A DNA stretch of 64,000 nucleotides from Takakia lepidozioides (GCA_030704615.1 CM060732.1:74834001-74898000); one strand, 5' to 3'. Shown: positions 24,501 through 37,955, counted from the first letter of the stretch. Notes: a model not told the origin generated them from the letters alone. A program made the numbers and translations.

Positions 24501-27500
24501 GTGAAAAACATTTCCTGACCTCTACTTTGACCCCCTTGTAGACCCTATGTGACTTCTGGTGCACTGGCAGGTTGCTGTAACCTGAATGTTTCTGGGTGGG
24601 CTCATGAGAGTTCATTGTTGAAGGCTTGTTCATTAACAACAATGATAAACTGTCATAAGTAAAGAAATATCTGTTGGAAAGCTTGTGCTTGTGGTAGTCC
24701 AGGTAGTCTGAGGGAGACTTTCCTCATCAAGTCTGTGCCTTACTGGTGTCAATTTGACAAGGTGCTGATAGAGCTCTAATGAAGTTACGAATCTTGCCAT
24801 CGTGCAGGAGGAGCAGCAGTGTCTCGCCTGGAAGCAGCTGTTGGCATTTGAGAAGTAAGTGCCTGCCAGAGTGTAAAATGCAGCCACATATCAATATCAG
24901 TGTAGGACATTGATATGCACGGAGTCCCCTTTGTTTGATGTAATATTAGAGGAGTCCATATGCACTTACATCAACCCAGTTATCCACTTCTGCCAGTGGT
25001 TGGACTCTTGGGACTCCGGTGGACTGTTCAATTGTGTTGTTGAAGTACCTATATAACTTTTATTTCATTAATCCTCTTAGCTGATGTGCAATTTCTAAAC
25101 ATGGAAGTGCTTATGATTGCAGAGGGAATCCTCAAAGGCTGGATCCAGCAGGCCTCACAAAGCGTGTGGCGTTTACATACGAGCAGGTACTTCACCTATT
25201 ATATATTACTATGGGCTTGTTAGTACCAGTCTAGTGTAGACCTTGTTTAGAGATTTGTACAGGTTGGGATTGTAGTTTACCCCTGCTTGTATATGTGCTA
25301 CAATTGCATTTTCAAACCAAGGCAGGGTTGCTTGCAACTGTCTGATGGATAGCTTACTGATTGGGGTCTTGTGGTGCACATGTGCAGTGCCTGATGTCTC
25401 TGTATCATTATCCAGATATATGGTTTGATTATGCCAATTGGCATTCTCAGAATGGCTCTCCTGACTCTGCTGCTGTTGTGTTTCAGCGTGCACTCAAGGC
25501 TCTGCCAGGTGCATTCAGTCTGTTCTTTCCCCAGCCTTGGATGAGAGGTTTTTAAAGTATGGCAGTTTATACTTTAGCCTTTCACTGTCATCTACTGGCT
25601 AACCGGACAGAATTGAGCTGACTGTTGGCAAGGTTTTCTCTCTTTTTCTCTCTGTGTCTCTCAGACTGGCAAGGGCAAAGCTCTGGGGCTCACTAAATTT
25701 TTCCACTGCAGAGGGGTCAACTCTGAGGTTAAGAAAACCATGCTTTGTCGCGTTATTAGACCTGCCTTGGAGTACGGATCTGCTATATGGGTTGATAACT
25801 CCAACCAGGCTAAGTCTCTAGAATCCATTCAAGTGGGGGTGCTTAAGGAGTGTATGTCAGTATGCTCCAAAACAGCCAATGTGGCTGTTCGGGGTGAGTT
25901 TGGCATTCCGTCCTTAAGCTCCCGACGAGATGAATTCAAGGTCAGATGGTGGGGTCAGCTGCAACATATGCCCAACACCAGATATCCTAAATTAATCGAC
26001 TCTATATCTTGGAAACAGGACCGCCCTGTCAAACAGGCTAAGTCCTGGCAGAAGAGAGTAGAAGAGATCCTCAAGGACCTGGACCTGGATCCGCAAGTCT
26101 TGACCCTGCTGGATAAATCTGACTTAGAGGCTGTAGTGTCCTCAGCCATGTCTGTTGCCATGAGATTGTCTGATGAAAATGAAGTTAGGCAGAAAACTTC
26201 CCTGAACTTGTTTCCAGTCTGTGACATGGGGGAGGACATCTTGGATGACCTCAAGGGTCTACCCACTCTCGGCACTAGACTGAAATTTAAACTCAGGGCA
26301 GGAAGCCTACCTTTGAACAGCAAACAGAAGCAGAGAGGAAAGGGAGAGTGCAATTGCCCGTTGTGTGGGCAATCTGAAGACAGTATTCATTTTCTGATAC
26401 ACTGTCCGGGGTTCTCTCACCAAAGAGACGCTCTGTTCAAATCTATTAAGGGAATTGTGCCTGTACCCCTGTTTACCAACTTTGAAAGTCTCGAGGCTGA
26501 GCCAAAAGCCCAGGCCCTCCTGAGGCCTAGTTTTTGGGCAAATCACACACAGCAGATTGATGCTTGTGTGAAGGGATTTCTAGAGGATATCTGGAAAACC
26601 CGGATTAATTCTTTATATGGAGGTAAGTCTTACTACCAACGTCAGCCCCTGATAGAGGTAGGTTCTGTCCCTTTGTTCCCGCTCAAACTGGGCGCGGGGT
26701 CAATGGCCACAAGGCTACGGCAAACAACGTCTTATGAGTACAATCTGTGTGTCTCTCAGAAAATTGACAATAAGGGTGGGGAGTTTACCTTTGAACAAAA
26801 AACAGATGCAGAGAGGAAAGGGAGATTGTCCATGCCCGATGTGTGGTTGGAAGACAATATCCATTTTCTGATGCAATGTCCAGGGTATTCTCATCAGAGA
26901 ATGACAGGACCATCGAGAACATAGTCCCCTGCACCTCTGTTCACCAACTTGCAAAATCTCCAGGCTGAGCCTGAAACCTGGGCCCTGTTTGGGTCCAATT
27001 AATGGACAGATCACACACAGTAGACTGATGCTTATGTGAAGGTCTTTCTAGAGGAAATCTGGAAAGCCCGAACGTACCGCGGTATGTCCCACTACTGGAG
27101 GGGGCCCCTCCCGAGGTTGTGTCTGTTCCCGTATTGCCCAGAATGGGCGTGGGATTTATGCCCACAAGGCTACGGCAAACAGGTCTCATGAATACATTCT
27201 GTGTCTCTGTCTGTTTGTCTCACACTTCAAGGAAGTGTGAACAACCCCAGATCAAATTACTTAAACAAATCACCCCTTCTCAACCTTGACAAGCGATGAG
27301 ATGCCAACCGTGGGGGATAAATACACACCAAAGTGAATACAGACCCACCATCCTAGATAATGCAATCCTAGAAGGGAGGGAGAAGCCACACATTTGTCAG
27401 AAACCTCTCAAAGTCATTTTCTGAGTGCTGAACCTAAGTCGCATGTGGCCCTGCAAGTGGGCAATTTAGACCTAGCTTAGCGGACCAGCCAGTGACAGTG

Positions 27501-30500
27501 CCCAGATGGAACCAAGGCACCAGCAGGGATTAAAGCAGCCAGGAAATCAAGTGAGCGTCTCTCTCTTCAAACTAAAGCCCTGGTGGGTGTGAACCCCACA
27601 AAAAGCTCTGGGAGGGTTAATCTCCCCGAGGGTCAATGGCTGTAAGGCTATGGCAAGCCAATGTTTGCATGGAACGGCATGAGGACATTACCTCTTTTAA
27701 ACTTTCCTAAAGCCTTGGCCCTGTCAGGGTCTAATTGCTGGGCAGCTCAGACACAGCAGATGGATGCTTGTGTGAAGGGTTTTCTAGAGGAAATCTGGAA
27801 AGCCTGAACCAAGTGTTCATGCCAAGGTAATTACCACTACTGGAGTGAGCCCCTTCCAAAGGTAGTGTCTGTTGGCTCTCGCTCTGCCCTAACTGGGCAC
27901 AGGGTCTCTCTTTCTCTCTCTCACACACACACACACAAGCTCACTCCCTCTCTTTTTTCCTTCTGTCTGTCCTTCTGTTTGTTACCTTTTTTTTCAGTCT
28001 GTTTTTACAACTGCTGCCAAACCAAGGATATTGTTGCTGTGATGGAATCAATATTTTCTTTCTAGCATCATTCCCTGGAATGGTCCGCTGTGTGTGAGAC
28101 ATATGACAATATCTCTGGGGAGACATCCATAAGTGGCTAGTCCTCTGCATCTTAGAGGGCTGCGATATCTGAAATTGGTGCCGACTCCCCTTTGTCTGAT
28201 TGCCGGTTTTTGAACATTCGACATGCTCTGGGTTGAGGGTTTAGTGCAAGACACAATCAATGAGTATATTCTCTGATTATTCCTATTTTCAATGGCGTTT
28301 CTTATTCTGTAGTTGTTTGGTGGCTAGTTCAGCTGTGTAGTAGGCTCTTCTGCTGTTTGTATTCTGAGAAATATGGTGGAAATGACAGACAGAGCAGTGT
28401 TACATTATGCATACGCTGAGTTTGAGGAAGCTCGTGGTGGAATCAAGGTTTGTTTGTAATCATTCAGACACTGCTTTTAATGGGTGATAGCTGGTGTCCT
28501 GGGTGAGCGTTCATTGATAGTTGTGATTGCCCTATGCTTGCATGGTTTTACTTGTCCATTGGGCTTAAGGGAAACTCTGATACTCTCTACATGGGCATGT
28601 GCTGGCAGGATGCTAAAAGAGTGTATGAAGCACTCATAAGCAATGACAGTACTGCAAATGCTCTAGCATACATTCAGGTATGCAGGTCATTGAGGATGTT
28701 TGGCTTTCCTGTTAATGGTTGTGCATGTAAATCGTCTGTATGTCTGGGTTTGGATGGTTGTTGTTGATATCTAATATTCTCAAGATTCTGCAGCTCAAAA
28801 GAGTTTTTTCTCTCTCAGTTTGTTAAGTTACCTTTTTCACAAGACAAGCTCTCCCTTGATTAGTTTCTTTAACAATTTCAAGACTGCTCTTCCAACTCTT
28901 GAAAGGTATATAGGTAGTGCTTCATCTTTTGGTCTTTCCAAATCATTTTAATCCGTTTTTGAAGTCACAATTTAAGCTGACTTTAGACTGTCAGGTCCTT
29001 CTTTGTTCTTCTGCTGCATGTTCCTTTATTCTGCTGAAATTCTTTTTTGGCTTAGTCTCCCTGTTACATTGGAGAAAGACGATAGGCACTCAGTCTACCC
29101 ACTGTAAGGAGCTGATGAAGTCAGGGGGGGGTTTTTGTAGCTATTCAAGAGATCGTTAAATTGCCTTGTCCTCTGAGATTGACTATCTTAAATTCAAGGC
29201 TGAAGTCTTTTATTATTCTTTTTATGTTTGTTGTTCAATGTCCTTTCAAAGGGCAGTCACTGTTGCCTTGGATATTTCAATTGGGCCCCTTTAAAATGTG
29301 GAAGTCTAGAGTCTCCTCTTGCTTCATATTTGACGGTTTGGTTCAGTTCAGTTGATATGTGTTGTTTCTTTGTAGCTCAAAAAGCATTGATATAAGGTTC
29401 TTGCTATTTTTGTCGCCTTGATACATCTTTCTTTGGAGTTCAGTGCTGCCTTCAAGCAGCTCGATGACATGCAATCGATTGATGCAGTTGATGCGTTTTG
29501 TGAGGAGAACAGAAGGTGTTGATCCGGCCCGCAAAATCTTCTTGGAGGCTCGCAAGGCACCTGCATGCACCTATCATGTCTATGTGGCTTCTGCTATAAT
29601 GGAACTCTGTGTTGACAAAGATCCCAAGGTAGAGCACCGATGACATAGTTTGATCTTGGTGATCCAGGCTAGCAACAGGCATATGGGTAGCTCTCTTATA
29701 CCACAATTAAGGCTTAGGAGTTCATCTATGTTGGGCTGGCATGTCCCACAGATCACTATCCAGCTATGGTTTGCTAACTGGAGACTTTTGCCAGGGTAGA
29801 CATCAACACCTGTCGCTTGCCTGAAGGTGTCCTGATTAAAGCAGTCCATATGAATCAGAAAGGAATATACTTCTTTTTGCCTCCTAGGTACTGGAAGGAG
29901 GTGCCTATTGCATCAGCCTGGATGTGCAAAGTAGGAACTTGCACCCTTGCATGCAGACAGACAGCTGAATGTGGAGGGCATAGGAAAACAGGCGGTTGGC
30001 ATGGGGGATGCAAAGAGAATTGCTTGCAGACTACAGTTTGAAGCTGTCACATAGGAATTTTGGTAACCACAAATTTGACTTTGGGTACATTAATTTTATA
30101 CGTGTATTCTCTGACATGGCAACAAAATCCCCAAAAATCTGTGTTCCTTGGATTTTTTTCCATGTATGTACTTCCTTGGTGTGTACTTATTTCTCTTTGC
30201 TACTATTTTGAGCTTTTTGGCCTTTTGTTCTATGCAGGTTGCACGTAATATCTTTGAGTTGGGGCTTAAGAAGTACATTCATGAGCCAACTTATGTTCTA
30301 GAGTGAGTACACCAAAGACTTGAAGTTTTGTCATGTTTTGTCATGTAAATACTGTAATCAATGGATTGGAGTCTGTTCGCTTTTTCTCTGTTCTCTTATG
30401 AGCAAAGTGACATAAATGGTGAAGTGTTACCCTCTGTTAGACATGCATTGGTAGCTTTTCTGATAATTCATCTGGCACAGGTATGCTGATTTTTTGTGTC

Positions 30501-33500
30501 GAATGAATGACGACCGAAATGTACGTGTACTTTTTGAGCGTGCTCTCAGTGTTCTTCCACCAGATGAGTCTGCTGAGGTGTGCAGCCTCCTTTCTTCCTT
30601 TTTCTCTTGTCAAAGTTGGGCATGTTGGAAAACCACTGGCATGTGGGCGGGCTAGGGATTGAACCTAGGACCTCCCCCATTCCGGTGGGGTGCTCTACTA
30701 CTGAGCTACCCGTTCTCAAAGTGTCGCGCCTTGACACCTCCAACTCTCCCCCTCAAGGCATAGCCCTTATTGCTAATGCCCACCACCACAACCTTGGCTC
30801 TGACACCATGCTGGAAAATCACTGGCATGTGGTCGGGCTAGGGATTGAACCTAGGACCTCCCCCATTCCGGTGGGGTGCTCTACCACTGAGCTACCCGTC
30901 CTCTTCTGTTCTCAAAGTGTCGTGCAAGGGCTATAGCCTTGACACCTCCAATATATGCATTTAGTTCTCCAGAGATAACAAACCTAGAGGAGGTTGCTGA
31001 TATCTCACAACCAATATTTAGCTGATTGCTCTCAAAGGCTGGTTCCTGTCCAAACATTTGCATGCTTCTGTTGCCTTTTGTGCGACCTGTGGCTTACAGA
31101 ATTGTCTACTGAGACTGTCCTTGGGCACAAGATTAGAATGCATAATAACATTTATTCATTTTTTTGTTACCGTTTGAAAGAAATCCATGTTGCTGTCATA
31201 CTAATGTGTGGGTGAGGCAGGTTTGGAACCGCTTCATGGCATTTGAGCAAACCTATGGAGACCTTGCCAGCATACTAAAGGTACATTAGTGTGGTTGCTG
31301 TGGACATGATACGGTATCCTCTCAGTGTTGCTTTGTTTTACGTGGTCAGTACTAGTTTGTTAGCCCTCTTTTGTACAAGTTCTCTATCAGCCTCAGTATG
31401 AAAGGGTAGGGACAGTCCTACTTGAGTGGAATTTGATGCTGAATAGATTCTAGGAGGACTGGAATGCTTCTTTGACGGACATGCAAATGCATCGCTAGAT
31501 GTCTTCAGGGTCATTGTGTACTATTTGCTTTCCTTGTAAGACACAGATCACATTCTACAATCACATGAAGTTTTTTCATGTGATCTGAACAGCATAAGGT
31601 GTTCCAGTTGACAAACTACAGTTGACTGGAGCAGGGGTTATAGTAATAATTGAAGCCACGGTGGAAAGCCAGTATGGCAGTTGTCCAGCTGCAAGCCTGC
31701 AGTTTTAACTCAATGACAAGGATGTACCTGATAACAAGCTTATCGCCACCAGGCAGGGGGCTAAAGACAACTTGTGATGTAAACTACAATGTTGTCACCT
31801 TTTCTCAGGGCTAACCAGCTCATGATGTATAACAGGTGGAGCAGAGAAGGAAGGAGGCCTTATCACAAACGACAGGGGAAGAGGGGGCTGCCTTCACAGA
31901 AAGTTCAGTTCAGCAGCTGATTGCTCGCTATCGCTTCCTTGACCTTTGGCCCTGCTCGCCATCTGACCTTGATCACATGGCCCGTCATCAGGTGCTCCTT
32001 TCCCTGTGCATCAAAAGACCAAATTGCTAATTCAAGCTGATTGGCATGCTGATGATACTGAGTTGGATGGTTTTGTCCAAGTACTAAAGCTGGGGAAGGT
32101 CAATTCTCTCACAAATTTGTGGTGTGTGCCAACCAGATGACAGTGCAGAAGACACCTGCTCCACATGGTATAAGTGTCTTACTTGGAGGTCAGGAGCCAG
32201 GACCAGCAGGTACTTTTTCAATCTGAACGTGCTATCTTCTTTTCTTTTATTTGTTTAGTTGGTTTCAGGTGTCCTTGGCGAAGTCCAGAGATATTCAGGA
32301 CATCTTAAATCTGAAGAACTGATAAATATTTGTTGGTACAGCCATTGAGAAAATCCCAGCAACAGCAGGAGCAGCACTAGGAGTGGTCGGTTCTCTGAAT
32401 GTTGTTCGACCTGATATCTCTCATATGGTGCTGTATGACCCACGACAAGGCTTTGGTAACCCCTCATCATTTCATCTAATCTATCGGCTTATTTACTTTC
32501 TGTCACACATTGTTTTGGAATGTGAGAGTGCCTTCGCTGATTTGTGTTTCCATCGGGTGCTGTCAGTAAATATGGTTTGATGTTGCAGGGGTTCCCCAAC
32601 AGGGGCAAGGAATGGGTTCTATGCCCCCTCCTGCCAGGATGGGAGCAGGTATGCCATATGGGCCTCCACTGCTGGGCTTGCGTCCACCTGCTCCACAGCT
32701 TTTACAGGGTCCACTTCCCCCTGGCATCGTTCCCCCTCCAGGTCCACAGGAAGTTCCCCTCAGACTTTTTGGCTTGTTCCATGTGAGGTGATTATGTTGT
32801 TCGTAGACAAAAACCTATATTTTTTTGGTATCTTGAGATGCAGCCATACGTTGTCAGTCATGCATCTCACTGAAGAGTCCCATGCTATTCCCAATGTGTT
32901 CTCATTGCAGCAACTATGCAGAATGACTTCATATTGCTGGTTCCAGTTTGTGCTGGTCATATTACTGTTATTGATGTGCCTATAATGTGAAATCCTCCAG
33001 GCTTGCAAACCCTAAAACATCGAGCCCTCTCGACTCAATGTGATGTGATCTTATTGGGAACGGCTTTCCATCCGAGTGGTTTTAGTATTACAGCTCCAGC
33101 TCAGAACCAGCTCAGCAGTTGGCTCGCCCAATCTAACATTTTGCTAAAACTGAAACTGGGTTCATAAGCCCTTGGCAGATGCCTTTCTGTGCTGGAACAA
33201 TCCTACAATCCTGTTAAAATTTGATATTATTCTTGATTTGAACTCCAAGACAAGGAATTGTATAGACAGATCTGCAGAATCCCGAATGACTTTGCCACAA
33301 GTTTGCATTTCGAGCTAGTGAGTGGTTTACTTGGGATGAAGCCCCACAAGCTGCAGAACTTTCTTTCCAGCATGACAGAAGAGGGATGTGACTGGGTGTG
33401 GCAGGTGCAGGGCCAATACCAGGCAGTGGAGGGATGCCAGGGCTCTCTCTTCCTCTGCAGCAGATTCGCCCACCACCTGCGCCTCCACGCCCACCACCCC

Positions 33501-34432
33501 TGCCCCCTGGGCGTCCTCCAGGGGATGCAGCTCTAACTTTGAAGACCATTGAAGATGCCCTCAAGCATCTGCCCTCTTCTGTTGGCTCTTTTCTCAGCCG
33601 CCTTCCTGCAGTTAGTGGTATGTGATGTTTGCTGATTTTACGAGGAGAGGAAGGCACACGTAGGTCTTGTGACAGTGAAGTCAGAGTGCCTGGTGGTTTC
33701 TTTGTTAGATTTGTGTGGTTTAAGACAAGTGAAAACATTTGGTTTCATGCACTCAGAATCCAGTCTGTGAGGCCAACTACTGATAAGTGTTATGACGGGT
33801 GTATACACAGGTCCTTTTCCAGATGCAGAAGTGGTAATATCAGTGTTATTACAGACTGATTGGCCACCAGTTGTGGAAGACGGTGCTGTCCAGGCTGTAT
33901 CCAGGTCTGGCAGCCCTCCGGGTGCAGGGGATGTGAGTGCCTGGAGTAAAAGCCAATCTGGGCTCCATCCATCGGCCAGGTCTTCCAATTCCAATACCCA
34001 ATCAGCCCCAGATGCCCTGGCCTCTGGCGGATTTACTTCTCGACCTTCTCGCCAACATCAAACCTCAAAACGCAAAGATCCTGAAAGTAAGTGTGCACTG
34101 CCTTTTGAAGCTCTTAGATGGGCAACAATGTATTCTTGCCTAATTTTTTTCTTCCATTTTTCTTAAGAGGACAGAAATAAACCTACTGTGCTTCCAAGTT
34201 TTAGATTTCCAAATTGGGAGTTGTGAAGAGACAACTGCTAAGTGAATCACATGCATGGCCAGGGATTGAAGAGGATGAGGATGTCCCTGTTACACAGAAC
34301 AGGCCACCGCCCCGAGATGTCTTCCGATTGCGACAGCTGCAGCGAGCACGGGTTGGGACATCCATGCAATCCGGATCTACCTCAGGGGGCAGTGGGGCAC
34401 TTAGTGGGGATCGATCTGGAAGCTCTGAGTAG
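18568..34432 (+). CDS. CSTF77: Cleavage stimulation factor 77-kDa subunit (HAT/Suf repeat protein, RNA14/su(f) homologue), ~24 exons
   Basis: Phase-consistent exons: 18568-18720, 18878-18955 (NPYDVEAW), 20068-20130, 20339-20448, 21515-21615, 22491-22552, 23261-23401, 23773-23901, 24808-24854, 25123-25186, 25388-25508, 28389-28447, 28609-28677, 29488-29628, 30238-30302, 30481-30577, 31221-31280, 31836-31991. Less certain exons: ~32137-32209, 32342-32455, 32589-32741, 33405-33617, 33811-34086 and 34264-34432. Diagnostic peptides ARAVYRERKK, CLMSLYHYPDIWFDY, FEQTYGDLASILKVEQR, RYRFLDLWPC and PPPRDVFRLRQ. The start codon is inferred. Confidence 0.95.
25666..26747 (+). mobile_element. Young 5'-truncated LINE family A copy in CstF77 intron 11
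   Basis: Long open frame (RPALEYGSAIW..., CPLCGQSEDSIHFLIHC). 13-bp TSD TGTGTCTCTCAGA at 25653-25665 and 26748-26760. Confidence 0.92.
26761..27900 (+). mobile_element. Older degenerate 3' ends of LINE family A (2-3 pieces)
   Basis: 26761-27200, ~27630-27665 and ~27750-27900 resemble the 3' end of 25666-26747. A (TC)n(AC)n microsatellite follows. Confidence 0.75.
30623..30953 (-). mobile_element. TRIM (miniature LTR retrotransposon) with tRNA-like LTRs, Helenus-like
   Basis: Direct repeats at 30623-30744 and 30809-30953 (TG(T/C)TGGA...TCCAA). On the minus strand, PBS TGGTGTCAGAGC (30797-30808) and PPT CTTGAGGGGGAG (~30745-30756). Each LTR holds an A/B-box tRNA-like fold. Confidence 0.88.
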
Positions 34433-35253
34433 CCACTGGAATATGTTTAGCTGTAGAACTGCTCAGGACAAGGATCTAAGTTAACTTTGGGATAGCCAAG
34501 GAATGTGACCATGGTTGGCAACAAGTTGGGAGCAAAAAGGGACCTTTCCTGGTCAGATTATTGTTATACAAATGGTGGTGGATCCGGTATGCAATGAAAT
34601 GATATGAAGTTCCAAATGGAGAAGGTCCTCTGGATGGAAAAGCATGTGCAAGACAAGGAGCAGTGAGTCCTTCGTCATTGATTGTCTTCTCTGCATGAAT
34701 AGATGACAATTTGAGCGAATTTCCTTCCTTCTCTGTACTCTGTGACCCTATTTCTTGTGAGCCTTGCCATCTGTTTAAGATCTGTTCAAGGCTCTACTTG
34801 GCCCTTGGAAGGTCACCTGTTCTCAAACTCTCCTGAGTTTGAAGGCAAGGGGTCCTGGTTGTGGTTAACCCTTAATGTCCTGACAGACCAGATTATTGTC
34901 GCCGGTCAATTCTTAACAGCCCATACCTGCCTGTGGTTCCGATCTGAAGCAAAATTATTCAAATAACACAGTAGCACTTGCCAAAGGGTCCCAAAGGGTG
35001 GGATCCAGGGGTCTTAGACACCGCATGTGGAGAAAGCTTGTGGACCCCTAAATCACATCAACACTTGTGATGCTCAAGATTAGAGCAAGTACCAGATGCT
35101 CCTTTCCTCAACCGGTTAAGCTAGTTGGGGCTGAGTAGCAGGTAGGATAAGCATGCAAAGCCGGAAAGGATGGGATTTATGGCCAAGGAACCTCTAGGTA
35201 GATGCTCCCCAAAGACTATCTTCAACGCACAAATGTCCCTGTTCGTGTCAGGT

Positions 35254-35359
35254 CTCTCTTGTGTACAGCAACACACTTGTACAACTTAACCATCACAAAA
35301 TACCCCCTCTCTTGTGTACAGCAACACACTTGTACAACTTAACCATCACAAAATACCCC
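35254..35359. repeat. 53-bp perfect tandem duplication
   Basis: 35254-35306 and 35307-35359. Confidence 0.85.
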
Positions 35360-37369
35360 CGATTGAAACTCTTTGTATAAAGCTAAACTGGAAATCCAAT
35401 CAGCACCATGCGGCAAGACTCTATTGGTTAGAGTACAAGTCACCATGTAAGGGTACACCAAAGGTAAAGTTAAAGTATGACGCCTCCCGAAGGGAGCGTA
35501 ACTTATGGTGTCACTTCACCCACCAAAGGTACTCCTTATTACAAAAAATTATCTAACAACTCTATACACAAAATATCGTCAAACAAAAAAAATTCATCCC
35601 CTAAGCCATCTCCGTCGCCCAAGTATCGAGCATGCTTTTGTACAACAGAGACCCACCATGTTACAACTAGTGTTTGTATGGTATCAACATTTTGGGATAC
35701 CAGGCTGGTCCTGGTATATGGGTGGCTCTGAAAATGACATACCAACGGAACATTGGTACTAGGGATATTTATCAAGTTAGATACCAGTCTGGTAAGGGTA
35801 TTGAGAAATTTTTAATCACCTAAGCAATGGTATCAATAGAAATGTGCCTAAGTAATACCAGCTGGTATATATACTGGGATCTGGTATCAAACAAGCCTTC
35901 AATTGACTTAAAAAACACTTGATGAGTGTATCATACATGAACAGCACAACTGCACATGAAAAATGATCTCATTGCCACCGACTACAAACTTCATATCATA
36001 CTTTATTGCAAATCAATGTTGCATGCACATTTGCTCTCAAGGCCCAATTTGTGGGCTGAAAATTTTCCATGCATGAATAATTTGGTTTGAGACACCCCAA
36101 GGACCTGAGACTTGTCTCCTTTAGACCATATTAACACTCTTCCCTACTTCCCATCAACAAGGATTGATAACTCACCTTTGGAAGGTGAATGGCTAGAAGG
36201 TGGATGGTCACCATAGTGGAAGTGGAAGTGACCAAGTAGGACTTTCTAGAGACCTTCTTGTACAAGCTCGGGGGTGAAGCCACTAGTCTAAGTGTAAGAG
36301 TATGATGGTGGCTTCTATGGTTGGGAGGAGAGCTTTAGTTTTAGCTTTAGTCTAATATTTTAGTTCTTGTTCATGTTCTTGCTCAATTCTAACAATGTTA
36401 GGTCAGTCCTGTTTAGGATTCACTCAGACCATGATGTCTGAGGCCCGGAAAGCATGGCAGGTGTTGGGAACAGCTTCTAGCAAATGCGGAGATCGACGCA
36501 GAGCACAGCTCTTCACAGAATTTGATAGTTCATGGGGAAAAGGAGGTCGTATTTGCACTAGAGAATCGGACTCTCAAGTGTTATGGAAGGACGAGATCCC
36601 CTCAAGTTGGCAGCTCCCGTAGCTCCCTACGCTCCCCACGCATTGGCAAAGACTCATATGTCAATTGGAAGCACCGTGGTAATTCTCAGAGGCAGACTAG
36701 ATCTCGGGTGCAACTTTTTTATAGCAGCTTAGAGGCTCAGTAGTGTAGATTGGCAGATCTACTCTTACTTAGCTTGTTGCTGGGGGTTGGCTTCGGTGCC
36801 TCCTTGGGCCACCCTGTGGGTAGTTTTTTTTTGGCTACCCTATCACGTTTTCTGGTTTGTTCTCCTTTTGTCGCAGCTCTGCTAGTACACAGCCGTTTTG
36901 CAGATGCTAGGTTCTCTTGTCTTTGATCCATTCCGTATGGCCTTCACTGTTCGCCTCTGTTCTTGAACAACGTGATGGAGGTCTGCTGCCTTCTGGCTTT
37001 TGTGGATTCTGAGTTCTTTTGCTAGTGGACCAGTTGAAGGAGGCAGAAAAGCTGCGAAGTGTTGCCGAACAGAGGGTAGAGACACTGAATGACCAGGTCA
37101 GTGAGACTACGATACCTAGCTCCTGTCTATGTTGCTTTTCAGTTGCAGCCAAGTCCAAGTCCATTGGAAGCAATGAAGGTATTTGAAGATAGTTACATTA
37201 AAGAAAGGTCACTAGACAACATTGTAGCTCTCCACAGCATTTTTTCGTAATTAACTAAAGACTACTCTAGTAACCATATTCTTGCTTGTGGAAGTACTTC
37301 TAGTTGCTTCATCGCTAGCAAGCTCATCTGCTTGCTGCTAGATTGTTCAGTCTAGTTTCTTCCTGGTCA

Positions 37370-37955
37370 ACCCGTGTTGGGCGGTTATCAGGTTTTCGTG
37401 AGCTCCTCCGGTGCAGGTCCTTTGCCAATTGCCCCTTCTGTAGAACCTCCGGAGGCGGTTAAATGGACAAAAGAAAAAATTAAATAACCTGCCAGAGGCG
37501 GTTCTTTGATGTTTTCAAAAAACCCGGTTAAGTTCAATTCCGGTTATTAAAGACCTTTGCACAGGCGGTTTTTTGAACCAGTTCTAGAAGTTCAATATAC
37601 TTCATAACCTGTAGATAACCGGCGGTCCTTAAAACGGTTATATTGCGGTCATTTAAATGAACTATTTATAAGATAAAAATTTACATATATTGAAATGATG
37701 AAAATATTAAATAAGTGACAAGCAGGGATAGACCAAGCCATGCAAGATGGTTAGCCCTTGAAACTGGATCATCCCGATGATCAATAATGGACATCTTAGT
37801 TATCAGATTGGTGTCACATTAATCTTAGCAAGGGTATATGCTGACACTATTTATTGATAACTGGGTCATTTTTTAAGGCCATGGCCAGATACCAATAAAT
37901 AAAAAACCAAACTTGCTCGCCGGTTCTCGAAGCCCGCCGGTTATCTCAACCCCTA
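37370..37955. mobile_element. Probable hAT-like MITE remnant with AACCG/CGGTT subterminal repeats
   Basis: Many GGCGGTT/CCGGTTA motifs at both sides and a right end ...TCAACCCCTA. The left TIR and TSD were not recognised. Confidence 0.35.

Noticed and set aside
30644-30897. Two functional tRNA genes
   Set aside because: Irregular anticodon arm, no oligo-T terminator, and both are embedded in TRIM LTRs.
36395-37096. Possible L1 C-terminal remnant and a coiled-coil exon
   Set aside because: No diagnostic motif and no consistent gene model.
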